From assembly GCA_036170915.1 (NCBI GenBank), contig JAVHQC010000036.1, positions 207,743 to 271,742 on the forward strand: a stretch of DNA of 64,000 bases, given 5' to 3'. This DNA comes from Cyanobacteria bacterium auto_48_18. Lineage in GTDB: Bacteria; Cyanobacteriota; Vampirovibrionia; Obscuribacterales; Obscuribacteraceae. Below are positions 1 to 9,373 of the stretch, one piece after another. The notes below the pieces were generated by a model. It was not told where the DNA came from. It worked only from the letters and a program-made list of their open reading frames with translations, and searched no databases. A program made the position numbers and the translations under genes. Numbering within the stretch: the first letter of the stretch is position 1; every line of letters starts with the position of its first letter.

Positions 1-2
1 CT

Positions 3-548
3 GACGGAGTTTTTCATCGACTGGCCATTGAACGCATGCTCGAAACTCAGGCAAAATTTGCTCCCTGCCTTGTAGAAGCCCGTCAATTTCCGGAAGAACA
101 TCCCAAACAATACGACCCAGACTCGTTTGATACACCATGGACAAGTGGTGCTTGCCTGATGATACCAGCGCAAATTTATGCTCAAATTGGTGGCTTTGAT
201 GATCGCTTCTTTATGTACATGGAAGATGTAGATCTGTCGTGGCGCGCACGCTGTGCCAACTTTTCCACAAAAGTCTGTCACGATGCCTACTTTGGCCATC
301 AAGTGATTGGTCGCAAACCATCAGACAGAATTGAAAAAATGATTTTCGTCTCCGCCCGGGCACTGGCTGCAAAATGGCAGGCGAAAGCCTTTCAGCAGTG
401 GGTTGAAGAGCAAATGTTGGAGCGAAAGTTTTTCGAAAGCCGAGAACAAATGCCAGCTCTAATCAACAACTTTAGTGTTCCCGACAATGCCGGCAGCGTT
501 GTCAATTTTGAGCACCACTTTACCTTTTCCCAGGCACGGTGGGAATAA
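3..548 (+). CDS. Glycosyltransferase family 2 (rhamnosyltransferase-like), 5'-truncated by window edge
   Basis: Frame is open from base 3 (DGVFHRLAIERML...). GT2 motifs SGACLMI, IGGFDDRFFMYMEDVDLSWR. Confidence 0.85.
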   Translation, partial: DGVFHRLAIERMLETQAKFAPCLVEARQFPEEHPKQYDPDSFDTPWTSGACLMIPAQIYAQIGGFDDRFFMYMEDVDLSWRARCANFSTKVCHDAYFGHQVIGRKPSDRIEKMIFVSARALAAKWQAKAFQQWVEEQMLERKFFESREQMPALINNFSVPDNAGSVVNFEHHFTFSQARWE

Positions 549-1606
549 TGCTGGCTCAAGACTTGATATCAGTTGTAGTGCGTTTTCATGACATAGCTAA
601 ACTCGAAGAATTCGAGCAGTGCATATTTTCAGTGTGTTTGCAAAACATTGAACAGCTTGAGTTAGTGGTGGTCGTCAAAAATTTTGATCAACCAAAGTTA
701 GCGGCGGTAGAATCGACTTGCGCCCAACAACCATGGCTCCATCCTCCAATCATCAAAATAGTTGACTGCTCCACGCCTGATGGCGGCGACACACGGGCGC
801 TGGCTCTGAAAAGCGGCATTGAAACGGCCACAGGACGGTATCTGGCATTTCTTGATCATGATGATGTTGTTTATCACGACTGTTATGCCACGCTGAAAAA
901 TCTGTTGCACGAGTCTAAAGCCATAGTAGCCTTCGGTCGAACAAGGCTGGCAGTGACAAAAAATGTCAACGGCAATTCATACAACGTAGCCAAGAAAAAG
1001 TGGTTTTTCTGGGGTGACAGTCGGCGTGATTTATGGAAAGGCAACTTCATTGTCATCCACTCGTACATGATTGACCGTGACCGGCTGCCAGTGCCACTCA
1101 CTGTCGATACCAGTTTTTCCAGATTGGAAGATTATGCTCTGCTTCTCAAACTGTCGGTAGAAGGAGAGTTCGTCAAAACAGAAGACATTGTTTGCGAATA
1201 TCGTATTCCACTTGGTCATGAGCTTTGCGAAGAGGCTTTCGACATGCCTTGCCAGTTAAGCGAAGCTCAAAAGCTGGAATATAGCATTTGGCATTTAAAC
1301 ACAGAAAAACTGAACAGCCTTAAAGAAGGTCTGAGAGTAAACATGTCGCTTGAGCAGTTCAGTGAACTGATGGATGAACTGGCACAATTAAAAACCGAGC
1401 GCGCCAGGCTCTACGAAAGACTCGCCCATTCAGATGAAGTTTGGTCAAAGCATCTGGAAGAAGCTGAGTTGCTAAGTTTTCGCTTGCTCAGGCAAGGCCA
1501 CGCTGCAGTGGCAAAGCCTGGACTACTGAGAGAAACGGTGAAGCACGTACGCACTTTTAGAAAGTTTTTTAAAAAACCGGAAAAGCAATCAGAGAAATTA
1601 GATTGA
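548..1606 (+). CDS. Glycosyltransferase family 2 with C-terminal coiled-coil
   Basis: N-terminal ISVVVR, GRYLAFLDHDD (DxD), EDYALLL. ATG at 548 overlaps the upstream stop. Confidence 0.85.
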   Translation: MLAQDLISVVVRFHDIAKLEEFEQCIFSVCLQNIEQLELVVVVKNFDQPKLAAVESTCAQQPWLHPPIIKIVDCSTPDGGDTRALALKSGIETATGRYLAFLDHDDVVYHDCYATLKNLLHESKAIVAFGRTRLAVTKNVNGNSYNVAKKKWFFWGDSRRDLWKGNFIVIHSYMIDRDRLPVPLTVDTSFSRLEDYALLLKLSVEGEFVKTEDIVCEYRIPLGHELCEEAFDMPCQLSEAQKLEYSIWHLNTEKLNSLKEGLRVNMSLEQFSELMDELAQLKTERARLYERLAHSDEVWSKHLEEAELLSFRLLRQGHAAVAKPGLLRETVKHVRTFRKFFKKPEKQSEKLD

Positions 1607-2547
1607 CGCAGCCAGAAATAAACCTGAGCAAAGAGAAAGTACTGCTGCTGCTGAACCATGCTGAAATATCTTCTCAGTCAATAAAACTCTTAGAGTCGGC
1701 AACCCAGGATAACACGCGATTAACAGCTCTGGTGCCTGACTTTGGCACAGCCTCAAAGTGGATGGCAGAGCAGGGTGTCTATTCATTTCTCAATAAATCT
1801 ACCGACTGCAAAAGTAGCCGGCAACGCATGGCCGAAACACTTCAATTTCTTCAGCAACACGGCTTTACTCAACTGATTTTTAGCGATAACAGCACAGAGC
1901 CTCATTTTGCTCAAGCTTTCAAATTGCTTAATCAAGGCAATTGGCAGCAACGCCAACTAGATAGTGCCGTGATTTTAGAACTTAAAAGCAAGAGCTATGC
2001 CATGAAAAGTGTGGGCGCGGCAATGACTAATTATTTGCTTTATGACGAGCAACAAGGCCTCACCAGGCGCCTTTATTTAGGGCTAAAAAGAAGTATTGAG
2101 TCTTTGCTCTGCTTTATGGTGCTGCTTTTACTGAGCCCGATTCTAGCGCTTTTGCTTTTATTGAAAGTAGGTACGATTGCGCCAAAGACTATTCTTGGTC
2201 AAGCAAATCGCAAAAGAAACATCAACATTCTGGCACGCACTGATGCAAAAGCATTAGAGAACCAAGTTCCAGGCTGGTGGCTACCTGCCCTGTGGAACGT
2301 TTGCACCGGAGAACTGAGCCTCATAGGGCCACGCATTGTTTCACTCGAGGCTGATAACAGTGCCTTTAGTGCCGATTTATATTATCAACTGGCACCAGGC
2401 CTAATCAGTCGTTCTAATTTAAAGGCAAGCGAAGGCCTCAGCCCAGCCCAACTCGATGAGCTGGATCAGGCCTATATGGTCGCTTGCAATCCAATATTAG
2501 ACTGCAAAATCATGTTGCTGGCTCTTCTCAAACTAGTAAAACTCTAG
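1603..2547 (+). CDS. Degenerate sugar transferase (phosphoglycosyl transferase, Bac_transf-like C-terminal domain)
   Basis: LKRSIE + TM + LPALWNVCTGELSLIGPR...PGL...LD..Y...LDCKI. KFRSM and the DE dyad are missing. Confidence 0.65.
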   Translation: MTQPEINLSKEKVLLLLNHAEISSQSIKLLESATQDNTRLTALVPDFGTASKWMAEQGVYSFLNKSTDCKSSRQRMAETLQFLQQHGFTQLIFSDNSTEPHFAQAFKLLNQGNWQQRQLDSAVILELKSKSYAMKSVGAAMTNYLLYDEQQGLTRRLYLGLKRSIESLLCFMVLLLLSPILALLLLLKVGTIAPKTILGQANRKRNINILARTDAKALENQVPGWWLPALWNVCTGELSLIGPRIVSLEADNSAFSADLYYQLAPGLISRSNLKASEGLSPAQLDELDQAYMVACNPILDCKIMLLALLKLVKL

Positions 2548-4076
2548 TTATCTGACTTAAAGACACCACGCATGATTTTGCGTTTGGCTCTACCAGCAAC
2601 ACCCCTGATCTGCGACGTAAGAGTGGGTTCCACTGGCAATGGCTCTCGGTTCTGTACGCCGGCATCATAGCCCCTTTGATAAGCATCAGAATAGGCGGCG
2701 CGAATTGCCGCATCATATCCACGATCAAAGCCGGCAGCAATCCAGGGCACCGCTTTTTTCAAAACAAACTCTTCGCCGTCATGTGTAAGTGAGTCGCCCA
2801 GAGACTTTGCCACAACTGCAAAACCATTTTGCGCTTTAGAATTTCGCGCTCTGAAATTAGTTAATGCCTGCTGGTAGACTTTTAAGCTCAAATCGTAATT
2901 GGTACCAAGATCGCAGACCTGGTGCAAATTCTCTAAACCCTTCTTCGACAAGTTCTCACGTAAATTCTGATCTGAAGCCACTTTGATTAGACCGTCAGCT
3001 AAAGCGGCCGGATCTTTGGGTTCTACCAGGATGACAGTTTCACCTGCAATTTGATATTCCGGCAGACCACCAACACTGGTGGCAACACAACAAGCTCCGC
3101 AACTTTGTGCTTCTAAAAGACTGTAGCAAGCAGTTTCATAACGCGAGGGGAAAACGCAAATATCGGTTTCCATAATTAATTCCTGAATTCTTTCACGTGA
3201 TAAAAATCCAGTAAAAGTAACCTTCTCACTCAGACCAAGTTCATCCAAACGCTTACGCAGAGTCTGTGCTTGTGAGGTAAAGACACCGTATTCAGTGCAA
3301 TCATTGCCGCCAAGAATCAGGTGTGCTGCGGGAAATTGTTTGAGAACAGCTGGTAAAGCTTCGATTAACGTATCAGTGCCTTTCTGCCTCTGCACGCGAC
3401 CCCAGAAAAATATCTTGGGAAAATTTTCACCAGCGGCAAAGGACGCCTTTAGCGGCGAACCAGGTGGAGTGACAAAAGCGGTACGAATGACGTGGAAATC
3501 TTCAATTGGTTTGCCAATCAACCCATTGAGACGGTGCGCCAGTTCTCGACAAATAACAATGACTGCGTCTGCCTCAGCCACAGGAGCCAACTCGAGAGCC
3601 TCAATCATGGCGGTGTCTGGGTCAGCGTACTTGCCAACATCGTTACTCTTAATTAGCTGCGAAAGCGAACCATAGCAACGCACCACCACCGGATACTTCT
3701 TCTCAGCAGCAAAGAAAAAGCCCAGTCCGTTGAATTCCTGGCACTCAATTAAATCGGGGGCGAATTCTTCTAGTATTTTTTTAGAACCTTCAAAAAGATC
3801 CTTAGCCCGTGCCACATGGCGATTATAGTTCTCCACCGACGGCAAGCCCGAAAAAGCTTGATAACGCTCGAAGTCGATGCGCTTGCGAAATACTTTTATG
3901 CCCGCCACTTCAATTACATCGGTGCAGCAGTCAGTAACAGTTTCAGGATGCAAGGTCAAGACAAGAACTTCATGGCCTTCTTCTTTGAGCTTGAGGGCGA
4001 AATACCATGTAGCAGGGAAACCCGGTTCTTCGTCGACTGTTGAAGGAAATGTTCCGACTACCATTGCAATGCGCAT
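2544..4076 (-). CDS. Glycosyltransferase family 4 (GT-B)
   Basis: MRIAMV start, FFWGRVQRQKG, FPSRYETACYSLLEAQSCG, TSVGGLPE. Confidence 0.9.
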   Translation of the reverse strand: MRIAMVVGTFPSTVDEEPGFPATWYFALKLKEEGHEVLVLTLHPETVTDCCTDVIEVAGIKVFRKRIDFERYQAFSGLPSVENYNRHVARAKDLFEGSKKILEEFAPDLIECQEFNGLGFFFAAEKKYPVVVRCYGSLSQLIKSNDVGKYADPDTAMIEALELAPVAEADAVIVICRELAHRLNGLIGKPIEDFHVIRTAFVTPPGSPLKASFAAGENFPKIFFWGRVQRQKGTDTLIEALPAVLKQFPAAHLILGGNDCTEYGVFTSQAQTLRKRLDELGLSEKVTFTGFLSRERIQELIMETDICVFPSRYETACYSLLEAQSCGACCVATSVGGLPEYQIAGETVILVEPKDPAALADGLIKVASDQNLRENLSKKGLENLHQVCDLGTNYDLSLKVYQQALTNFRARNSKAQNGFAVVAKSLGDSLTHDGEEFVLKKAVPWIAAGFDRGYDAAIRAAYSDAYQRGYDAGVQNREPLPVEPTLTSQIRGVAGRAKRKIMRGVFKSDN

Positions 4077-4235
4077 TTAATTCATGACCTGTTGTCTAGC
4101 GCTGCAAGTGAATGAGAGTACTGCCATAAAATAAGGAGACCAAACCAGGCAATCAGACTGGAACCTCGCAACAGGCCCAGTATAACCCGGCCTACTCTTG
4201 ACAAAACTCAAAGTAAATTAAGATATTTCTATAAC

Positions 4236-4478
4236 AAAAAACCGCCCGAACCAGTCGCGGCGGCGTTCTTGCTACTGTCTGACTGTCCGTTGCAGGACTC
4301 AGTATTTCACCGCGATTCAGTCAGTCCTTCACGCGATGCGGGCTCTCTGTGATGTTTCCGGAAGGCGCCTTCCTGAAGTTTCTACAGCACCCCTCGGCTT
4401 AATGTGACCACTTCGCTTAGTCACGCACCGTATACACTCAGAGTATCAAGGCGCCACCCGGCGAGGAAGTACCCCGTT
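4236..4478 (-). ncRNA. Probable 6S RNA (ssrS/ssaA-like) rod-shaped RNA; strand tentative
   Basis: ORF-free segment. About 4415-4465 pairs irregularly with 4254-4302, enclosing a central bubble and an apical GGAAG-GCGC-CTTCC hairpin (about 4360-4373). On the minus strand it ends in CCGCC...GGCGG-TTTTTT. Confidence 0.55.
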
Positions 4479-4592
4479 TTTGATTTAAGCAAAACTATTT
4501 TTAGATGGCTCAGGTACGCCAGTAAAGCACTGCAAGTATCGGCCAAGGCATTTGCAGGTTGAACTAGACTAATGGAGCCATTCGCCATAAAT

Positions 4593-4623
4593 TTGCCTCA
4601 TAAGCCACATATTCTCATATAAT
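4593..4623 (+). promoter_or_regulatory. sigma70-type promoter for tRNA-Thr
   Basis: Perfect TATAAT at 4618-4623, 8 nt before the tRNA. TTGCCT at 4593-4598 (19-nt spacer, longer than ideal). Confidence 0.55.
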
Positions 4624-4631
4624 GTTCGAGT

Positions 4632-4704
<73 letters not shown>

Positions 4705-4747
4705 AATTTTAAAATCTGTAAAGCCTAAAGTTGAAAGAAGAGACTGC

Positions 4748-5794
4748 ATGACAATCGCTCGTTCCATCCAAATTGCTGCAGCTTCGATCATAACCCTGAT
4801 AGCCCTTCTGCCGTCAGCCGAGGGAGCAGCGCCCGACAACGAATATAACGAAGGCTTGAAGGCTTACGCAGCTAAAAATTACCAAGCAGCGTCAGAACAT
4901 TTTGGCAAGTCAATTCAAAACGGCAATAAGTCTGCTGCAGTATGGTTGTACAGCGGTCACTGCTTTGTTGCTCTGGGGCAAATTGCGCGAGCCAATCAAA
5001 CATACGAAATTATCACAAAGTCATTTAAGGGCACAGAAGAAGCTAAGTCGGCAGCTGCTTCGATGGAAGCTGTTAGAGCCAGAGGTGGCGCTGCAGGAAA
5101 CACACCCAGCACCACCACTAGCACCGCTCCTGGTGCCTCAGCTAAGGGAACGGCTGTGCCGGTAACACCTGGCGCAGAAGGCTTAATCACTAGAATATTT
5201 ATTACAGCTCCTCAGTTTTCACATAAGCCTGTCAGTCAAGCTACTATTAATGCCGCCAAGGAAGCAGTGGCCGCGCTGCCTGCTCCCTTGCGTAAAAAAT
5301 TAGACGACGATGCCGAAACCCGCATTACGATCTCACCAAACATGATTGATCGCTGGCCCGAGTCTGCCAAAGATTTGCCTGAAGATAATCCGGCCCTGAC
5401 TATGGCTGAATTGCCAGGTAGAATTTATGGCAAAGATATGAATGTTTATGAGCGGCCAAAGTTTCGTGGTAGCACCGCATTGAAAGATGCCAGGCCACCG
5501 AAATTTATTCGTTTGCAAGTGGGCAACATGTGTTTTCAATTATTGGACGACATGATGACTATTTCTAAAGATCCGGCCTTGCGCAAAGAATGGGAGGCCG
5601 ATAAAGAGAATGTGCCACCAGGCATGGTGGAACAGCTGGCTACCTTTATGAAAGAAGACGACTGGGGCCCCAGAGAGACCTGCTCTGAATTGTTCGGCTC
5701 GATGATCGGCGGTTATGACGAAAATACTGAACCTCTTTATCGCTATTTTACGCGAACAAAAAAATGGCTGGCAGCAAAAATGGGTCTCAAATAA
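4748..5794 (+). CDS. Secreted TPR protein with a C-terminal anthrax-LF/PPEP-1-like domain lacking HExxH
   Basis: Signal peptide (...SAEG-A), two TPR-like helices pairs, Gly/Thr/Ala linker. C-terminal domain AVAALPAPLRKKL...RETCSELF...YFTRT resembles ATLF-type zincins. Confidence 0.6.
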   Translation: MTIARSIQIAAASIITLIALLPSAEGAAPDNEYNEGLKAYAAKNYQAASEHFGKSIQNGNKSAAVWLYSGHCFVALGQIARANQTYEIITKSFKGTEEAKSAAASMEAVRARGGAAGNTPSTTTSTAPGASAKGTAVPVTPGAEGLITRIFITAPQFSHKPVSQATINAAKEAVAALPAPLRKKLDDDAETRITISPNMIDRWPESAKDLPEDNPALTMAELPGRIYGKDMNVYERPKFRGSTALKDARPPKFIRLQVGNMCFQLLDDMMTISKDPALRKEWEADKENVPPGMVEQLATFMKEDDWGPRETCSELFGSMIGGYDENTEPLYRYFTRTKKWLAAKMGLK

Positions 5795-5807
5795 CTGGCA
5801 ACACTGT

Positions 5808-6554
5808 TCAGATTTGTTGCTCGCGCTTTAGAGTTTCGAACCAGACACGTCTAATTTCACTAGCACCAAGATAGCTGGGCTCAATGGGCTGCAGCGGGCA
5901 ATACCAGAAGTTATCTTTATGACCGCATTCGGCCCCGTGACCCTGAAAATGCGAATAGACGTCAGCTAAGATGGCCTTCTGCCTCCTGGCGCACGACGCA
6001 ATAAAGATATTAAATTGCTCGATAAAAGTAACTGGCAGTGTTCCTGTTCCCATAGTTGTAGAAGGTAAGATACCGGTACCATCTGTAGGGTCATAAAGGG
6101 TAGTCAACAAAATTGTGCTGGCAGGAACAGTTGCCTTAATCAATTTGAGCAGCTGCAAATAGCGCGTATGTACTTCTTGTGTGGCACTGGTAAGCGCGCG
6201 CACATTGGTGCTGGGAATGTTCTTGAAGATGGCCAGCAGATCGTTACCACCGATAGTGAGAGTAATCAGACAATGATTAGTGGAATACTGATTCAATTGC
6301 TTGATGCGTTCTTCAAAAAGCATGTCTTCGGTGGTGGCATCATCGTAAGCGAGATTAGCAAATTTCAAACCCGGACGAATAGAAGCAAGGTCGTGACCGG
6401 CTAATTCTGGAAAGAGTTGAGATTCATTTTTATAAAGAAGTGCCGCGGCTCCAATATCTTTGCGACAATTCAAGCCGCGTCTCTCGGCGTCACCAGCAGG
6501 ATAGTCGTCGAGGGTCATTGAATCGCCCATGGCAATATAATATTCGAATGACAA
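5808..6554 (-). CDS. SGNH/GDSL-family hydrolase
   Basis: YIAMGDS, TIGGNDLL, LYDPTDG. Block V reads PIEPS..GA. Confidence 0.8.
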   Translation of the reverse strand: MSFEYYIAMGDSMTLDDYPAGDAERRGLNCRKDIGAAALLYKNESQLFPELAGHDLASIRPGLKFANLAYDDATTEDMLFEERIKQLNQYSTNHCLITLTIGGNDLLAIFKNIPSTNVRALTSATQEVHTRYLQLLKLIKATVPASTILLTTLYDPTDGTGILPSTTMGTGTLPVTFIEQFNIFIASCARRQKAILADVYSHFQGHGAECGHKDNFWYCPLQPIEPSYLGASEIRRVWFETLKREQQI

Positions 6555-6586
6555 AAGCTGCTCCCAATCGTTCTTTTGCTGCTGAA

Positions 6587-6997
6587 TTACAAATCAGATT
6601 TTTTGCTTGCATCAAGGATGCAGAGCATCATTCCTACACCTTCAGCTGTATCAATCATTGACACCGTAAAGTTAATTGGAATCTCAAGGCCTGATTTTTT
6701 TGACCCGCGCCCTACGATAATTCCGTCAGAGCAGCACTTGGCAAGCCGCGTTGCCAGTTCTTGTTCAGAATATGGCGATTGAATAAATTTGCTGATATTG
6801 CGACCGCATATATCGCGTGAGTCAAGCTCAGAAAGAATCTCGAATTGATCAGTAACTGCTTCCACGCGACCATCCATGGCAATAAAGACAACCCCAGCAG
6901 GAATCGCTCCGAGGATGCCCTTGAGACGCAACTCCATTTCATCTAATTTTTCTAGATAGGCAGAATCTTCAGGCACCACTTCAATATCACTCATCAA
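6587..6997 (-). CDS. Stand-alone PAS domain protein
   Basis: RLKGILGAIPAGVVFIAMDGRV...ICGRNI...KKSGLEIPI...ILDAS matches a PAS fold. Confidence 0.75.
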   Translation of the reverse strand: MMSDIEVVPEDSAYLEKLDEMELRLKGILGAIPAGVVFIAMDGRVEAVTDQFEILSELDSRDICGRNISKFIQSPYSEQELATRLAKCCSDGIIVGRGSKKSGLEIPINFTVSMIDTAEGVGMMLCILDASKKSDL

Positions 6998-7110
6998 TAA
7001 AACCGTTTATGTAGTTCAACATTACTACACTTCACTATTTGACGTTAGAGATATACAATGCATAGCTCGAAGTATTGAACATAACCTTCGGCAAATCATT
7101 GGAGAAAAAA

Positions 7111-7698
7111 ATGGCGCTGACAACATCGACAATGCTGGCTTTAGGCACGAAAGCTCCAGATTTCAATTTAAAAGATGTGGTGACTAATCTAGATATTTCA
7201 CTGAGCACATTTAAAGACTATAAAATTCTGTTGGTAATGTTTATCTGCAAGCATTGCCCATATGTAGTGCATATCAAAGACGAAATTTTGCGCGTATCGC
7301 GTGATTTCTCTGAACAAGATGTGGCCTTTGTAGCCATCTCCAGCAACGATGCTGTGGCTTATCCTGATGACTCACCTGAAAGCTTGAAGCAATTTGCCAT
7401 CGATAATTCTTTGCCGTTTATTCTCTGTTTTGACCCCACTCAAGAAGTTGCAAAAGCTTACAGCGCCGCCTGCACTCCTGATTTCTTCCTCTTTGACAAA
7501 GCGCGCTCTCTTGTCTATCGCGGTCAGTTAGACGACAGCAGACCAGGCAACAACATTCCACTGACCGGGCACGACTTGCGCAACGCCATTGATGCCGCAC
7601 TGACTGACAAAGCCCAGAGCATTGATCAAAAACCCAGTGTGGGCTGCAATATCAAATGGAAGGCCGGCAACGAACCAAGTTATTTCGCTCTCAAATAA
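7111..7698 (+). CDS. Thioredoxin/AhpC-TSA-like (PRX-like1) protein
   Basis: GTKAPDF, FICKHCPYV, AISSND, ACTPDFF, YRGQLDD, GCNIKW. GGAG RBS precedes the ATG at 7111. Confidence 0.9.
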   Translation: MALTTSTMLALGTKAPDFNLKDVVTNLDISLSTFKDYKILLVMFICKHCPYVVHIKDEILRVSRDFSEQDVAFVAISSNDAVAYPDDSPESLKQFAIDNSLPFILCFDPTQEVAKAYSAACTPDFFLFDKARSLVYRGQLDDSRPGNNIPLTGHDLRNAIDAALTDKAQSIDQKPSVGCNIKWKAGNEPSYFALK

Positions 7699-7824
7699 TC
7701 TGTATATACATTTGACTGTGAATATTTATTAACTACGAAAAGCCGCTGCCAGTCGCTATTCTAGACATGTTGTCATGTTGTGACAGCGTAACTACAAATG
7801 TGTGCAGTCAATTGTGTGTAGTCA

Positions 7825-8490
7825 ATGAATCAAGCGCGAGCTGATTTCGATCGAAAAAATATCGATCTCAGCCAGAAAATAATTGATAACTACAGATCAG
7901 TGACGCAGACGGTGCGCCCTGATTACGTGGCATATCTGACACAAAAGTCATTTGCATACTCTGAACGCGCTAAAGAAACTGCCCGCAATAGTGAACGCGC
8001 TCAAGCCCTGATCGAGCAAGCGATGGTCGCTCTAGTGGACAGACTCTACGGTCTTCTTGAAGCCTACACACAAGAAATTAATCGCGTAAATTGCGCCCAA
8101 CAACTTCACCTTACTTGCGTTGCGCCAAGTCGCCCCAGTGAAGCGCTTGAGCTGAACAGACAGCGCCAGGCATCTAAAACAACCAGTTTTTATCGCACAA
8201 GATTTTCCACAAGCAAGTTTAGTTTAGTCATTCGCGGCATGCAGAATCGTGTGGAATTTTTCCTGATTGCTGCAGATAGAGTCATGGGTCTATCTCATGA
8301 AGAGTCTCGCTATGAGCCGCTCATGGTTTTTGAAGCAGAAGTAGAATTAGACGCGGCGAACGGTACTTGTGAGCTAAACTGGATGGTGGAGAATAAAAAT
8401 CTCACAGCCGATCGTTTTGAACGATACAGCTTGCTCGCGCTTGAACATCTGATCGATAGAACGCAAGAAGAGCTAGGCGGCCTCACATAG
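7825..8490 (+). CDS. Hypothetical protein, apparent paralog of the N-terminal domain of 15080..16186
   Basis: 221-aa ORF sharing a pattern (E[IF]N...L...P...Y..R..T...[LM][VI][IV]RG...[VI]..F.I) with 15080..16186. Confidence 0.7.
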   Translation: MNQARADFDRKNIDLSQKIIDNYRSVTQTVRPDYVAYLTQKSFAYSERAKETARNSERAQALIEQAMVALVDRLYGLLEAYTQEINRVNCAQQLHLTCVAPSRPSEALELNRQRQASKTTSFYRTRFSTSKFSLVIRGMQNRVEFFLIAADRVMGLSHEESRYEPLMVFEAEVELDAANGTCELNWMVENKNLTADRFERYSLLALEHLIDRTQEELGGLT

Positions 8491-8507
8491 AGAAGCTATC
8501 ACAGTCT

Positions 8508-9365
8508 TTGCTTGCTCACCTTAACTATCTCGCCATGGAAATTGGCGAGCGCAACATACACAACCCGGGTTCTCTGACAAAAACTGCCGACTACATCTTG
8601 CAGCAGTTTGAAAGTTGTGGAATGGCTGCAGAACTGGATCAATTCGAATTTCAAAAAACAGAATTCGCCAATGTGATTTTTAGACTTCCAGGCACCGTTG
8701 CAGCAGATCAAATTATTGTTGTTGGCGCCCACTATGATTCTGTACCGGGCTCACCTGGGGCAAACGACAATGGCACAGGTGTGGCTGCGCTCCTCACCAT
8801 TGCCGAATTGATTAAAGACTGTGCGCTAGAAAAATCGATTCATTTCGTCGCATTCGTCAACGAAGAGTCACCGTATTTTGCCGGCGATGGCATGGGCAGC
8901 CTAAATTATGCTCGCAGGTGCCGCGCGCGCAATGACAAAATAAGTGCAATGTTTTCGCTGGAGACCATGGGCTACTACAGCAGCGAGCCAGGAAGCCAAA
9001 GTTATCCCCCAGGCGTGAGCGGCTATCCAGATCAGGGTGACTTTATTGGCTTTGTCAGTAATTTGGCTTCAGCGAGCCTGCTAAGGCAAAGCACCGAGAT
9101 TTTCGCCAATCATTCCAGTTTTCCCTTTCAGGCCATTGCCGCACCGGAAAGCGTAGCTGGTGTCTCGTTGTCTGACCACATGTGCTTCTGGCAAATGAAT
9201 TATCCGGCCATTATGATCACTGATACTGCGCCCTTTCGCTATCCGCATTACCACACGGCTGAAGACCTTCCAGACAAAATCAATTTGCCAATGTTTACAG
9301 AACTGGTGAAGAACTTAGCTAAAACCTTTGCCGTACTTGCCGGAAGTAGCATCAAAGGGCTATAA
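8508..9365 (+). CDS. M28 family metallopeptidase
   Basis: GAHYDS, GANDNGTG, NEE, SLETMG, SDH, YHTAED. Confidence 0.9.
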   Translation: MLAHLNYLAMEIGERNIHNPGSLTKTADYILQQFESCGMAAELDQFEFQKTEFANVIFRLPGTVAADQIIVVGAHYDSVPGSPGANDNGTGVAALLTIAELIKDCALEKSIHFVAFVNEESPYFAGDGMGSLNYARRCRARNDKISAMFSLETMGYYSSEPGSQSYPPGVSGYPDQGDFIGFVSNLASASLLRQSTEIFANHSSFPFQAIAAPESVAGVSLSDHMCFWQMNYPAIMITDTAPFRYPHYHTAEDLPDKINLPMFTELVKNLAKTFAVLAGSSIKGL

Positions 9366-9373
9366 CTACTTCC

